From Promethearchaeota archaeon (lineage in GTDB: Archaea > Asgardarchaeota > Lokiarchaeia > Sigyniarchaeales > SOKP01), in the NCBI GenBank assembly GCA_029838195.1, contig JALGVJ010000056.1:1-18552 (forward strand): 18,552 nucleotides of DNA, in the 5' to 3' direction. Positions 16,664 to 18,552 of the stretch are shown here, piece after piece; position 1 is the first letter of the stretch; the number at the start of each line of letters is the position of its first letter. The notes below the pieces were generated by a model. It made no database searches, was not told the origin of the DNA, and worked only from the letters and a program-made list of their open reading frames with translations. A program made the translations under genes and the position numbers.

Positions 16664-18001
16664 ATGATACGAGAGGAATACGAATATAAAAATTCTTATA
16701 CCTTGATATTTGGATTGCTTTATTTAACACAAGGGATAATTCATTCTACGTTTGCTAGCTTGGTGCCGATCTACATCTTAACTCTCCTTGGGTCAGTCGA
16801 AGCCGCTGATGTAGCTAATTTAGGTACGATTGTAATGCTCCCGTTTATTTGCAAATTAATCATGGGGATATTAACGGACAAGATTGGTACTCAGAAACTC
16901 GGTAGACGCAAGCCTTGGATTATTGGTTCAACACTATTTGCCGGCATTAGTTGGTTTTTCATTCCTTCCTTAGTTTTGGCAAATCCGCAAGCTGCATTTT
17001 TAATTTTTAGTCTGGCGGGATTAATCATCATGTCGGGCGTGGCAATGAGCGATACGGCGATGGATGGATATATTCTCGATACATGTCCTCCATGGAAATT
17101 GGGAACCGTGAATGGAACGTGTTGGGGCGCTCGTTCGCTTGGAGTCATTGTAGGGGGGCCTGCGATTTTACTATTTGTAGGGGTAACTGATCAAATTTTA
17201 GTGGTATTTTATTTATTGGGCATTTTAACGATTTTATTTGGGCTTATAACCCTATGCATAGAAACACCAAAAGAATACGAGAAAATGCAAATTGTAGAAC
17301 ATTTAAAAATAATTGTAAAATCCAGGGAAAACTGGAAAGTGTTTGCCTTCTCATTTTTCATGGCAATAACTGACGGTGTAGTATTCATTTTTCTGGCGTT
17401 ATACGTATTGATTAGAGCAGGATTGGTGAATCCAATAGGAGCAACCATAAATTTATTGGATGAAGATGTGAACTTATTCGAGCCGCAAGCATTCATTACT
17501 CTTATTACAGGGTTGGGGATTTTAATTGGGTCCATAGTTAATGGAAAAATAGCAGATGTAAAATCGAGGCGCATGGCAGTAGGGGGAGCATTGATATTTA
17601 AATCCGTTTCGTTACTCATAATTCTTTTACCTGTACCAATAATAGTACTATTAATTTTAGCATTATTAGTGGGCATATCAAGTGGCTTTAGCACGGCGTC
17701 ATATTTTGCTGTCGCAACGCAATATTCAAAGAAATATCCGGAAAGCACCAGCACGTATTTCTCGATTAGCTTATCATTCATCAATTTGGGCACGATCTTA
17801 GGCATTTCATTAACGGGCATGATATTTAGGAACATCACGACGTTTACACAAGATACCTTTTTAATATATGCAGTGGTGTTCATCTCGATAATAATTTTGA
17901 ACGATCTTGCCATTTTTCCATTTTTATTGATGAAAAGAGAGAATTATGAAGTTCCAAAAGGAGAACAAGGCTCCGAATTTCGAGAGTTAATTAAACCATA
18001 A
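16664..18001 (+). CDS. MFS transporter, paralog 3
   Basis: PFICKLIMGILTDK...GRRKPW, SDTAMDG; shares ALYxLIRAGLVNPxGATI..LDEDxNL..PQAFITLI with paralog 2. ATG 16664 preferred by alignment with the paralogs. Confidence 0.88.
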   Translation: MIREEYEYKNSYTLIFGLLYLTQGIIHSTFASLVPIYILTLLGSVEAADVANLGTIVMLPFICKLIMGILTDKIGTQKLGRRKPWIIGSTLFAGISWFFIPSLVLANPQAAFLIFSLAGLIIMSGVAMSDTAMDGYILDTCPPWKLGTVNGTCWGARSLGVIVGGPAILLFVGVTDQILVVFYLLGILTILFGLITLCIETPKEYEKMQIVEHLKIIVKSRENWKVFAFSFFMAITDGVVFIFLALYVLIRAGLVNPIGATINLLDEDVNLFEPQAFITLITGLGILIGSIVNGKIADVKSRRMAVGGALIFKSVSLLIILLPVPIIVLLILALLVGISSGFSTASYFAVATQYSKKYPESTSTYFSISLSFINLGTILGISLTGMIFRNITTFTQDTFLIYAVVFISIIILNDLAIFPFLLMKRENYEVPKGEQGSEFRELIKP

Positions 18002-18082
18002 GAGACACGAGTTTTTAAGTATCTTTTATCTTTAAATTTTTTTTTTTTATTTTATCGAGCATGTTTCATAAATATTAGTTTC

Positions 18083-18552
18083 TTATTGTAGTTTTTCCAA
18101 CAAGGCAGGCGAGACTATCACGAGACATCCGAGACGATTCGATATTCTCATGCGAATATTTTCAAGAGTGCGCATCCCACACTGAGTTTGATACAAGATA
18201 TTCATCAATTTATTGCTCGACTCGTTAACTACCTTAATGGAGGGAGAAAAGGTACGCCGAGGGAAAAGCTCATGAAAATGTTGGAACCGAAACACGTTCT
18301 CCTCATTGTTTAGTAAAGTCAATACGGCACTTTTTAACCAAGGATGCATGCCGGGTTTTAATAAGCCCAAAAGGAATCGGAGGGACGCTCGTTTCTCGGG
18401 AGGAAGCCGAAATTGATAATAAAATTTCACCACCGTGTGCCTATAAGGGCGGAGCCAGGGAAATTCCTTGAGGCATTCTCGAAGCTGACGATGATGCCAA
18501 GAACTCATGTTCACGGGATTCATTAAAAGCAAATATTTAGCCCGGTTAAAAT
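18083..18552 (-). mobile_element. C-terminal part of a probable ISL3-like transposase (open at window edge)
   Basis: The frame stays open past 18532 (FNRAKYLLLMNP...). NESSNKLMNILYQTQCGMRTLENIRMRI resembles the ISL3 ExxNxxIKxxxRxxxGxRxxxxxxxRI motif. Region is visibly more GC-rich than its flank. Confidence 0.55.

Noticed and set aside
13692-17913. Long antisense ORFs (13692-14084, 14708-15382, 15413-15637, 16891-17148, 17209-17913)
   Set aside because: Shadows of hydrophobic MFS coding sequence; no independent motifs.

Overview
AT-rich archaeal window. Gene content (Hdr/Mvh, CDC48 with a C-terminal HbYX motif, DUF134, GGAGGT/GGTGA ribosome-binding sites, oligo-T terminators) points to an Asgard, probably Lokiarchaeia-like, genome; this is inference. 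A minus-strand operon (6723->2114) encodes a winged-HTH-HdrA-MvhD fusion, an MvhG-like small subunit and an MvhA-like [NiFe] large subunit, followed by an extended SDR and a DUF134 regulator. Divergent from it are two paralogous TraB/Tiki-like unknowns, an NAD(P)-dependent methylene-H4MPT dehydrogenase (MtdA/B-like), CDC48/p97 and a small paralog of the first unknown. Three paralogous MFS transporters follow, and probable transposase fragments lie at both edges. The main result is a candidate archaeal H2/redox-sensing transcription-factor complex. HdrA carries an N-terminal DNA-binding domain and has lost its CxnCSxxCC cluster, and no hdrBC lies in the window. The large subunit shows two features of bacterial H2-sensor hydrogenases: Gln instead of His after the L1 CxxC, and no cleavable C-terminal tail. 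A palindrome, TGAYAA-N6-TTRTCA, occurs upstream of the fusion gene, the divergent operon and the small paralog. All assignments come from motif reading by eye; no database searches were run.
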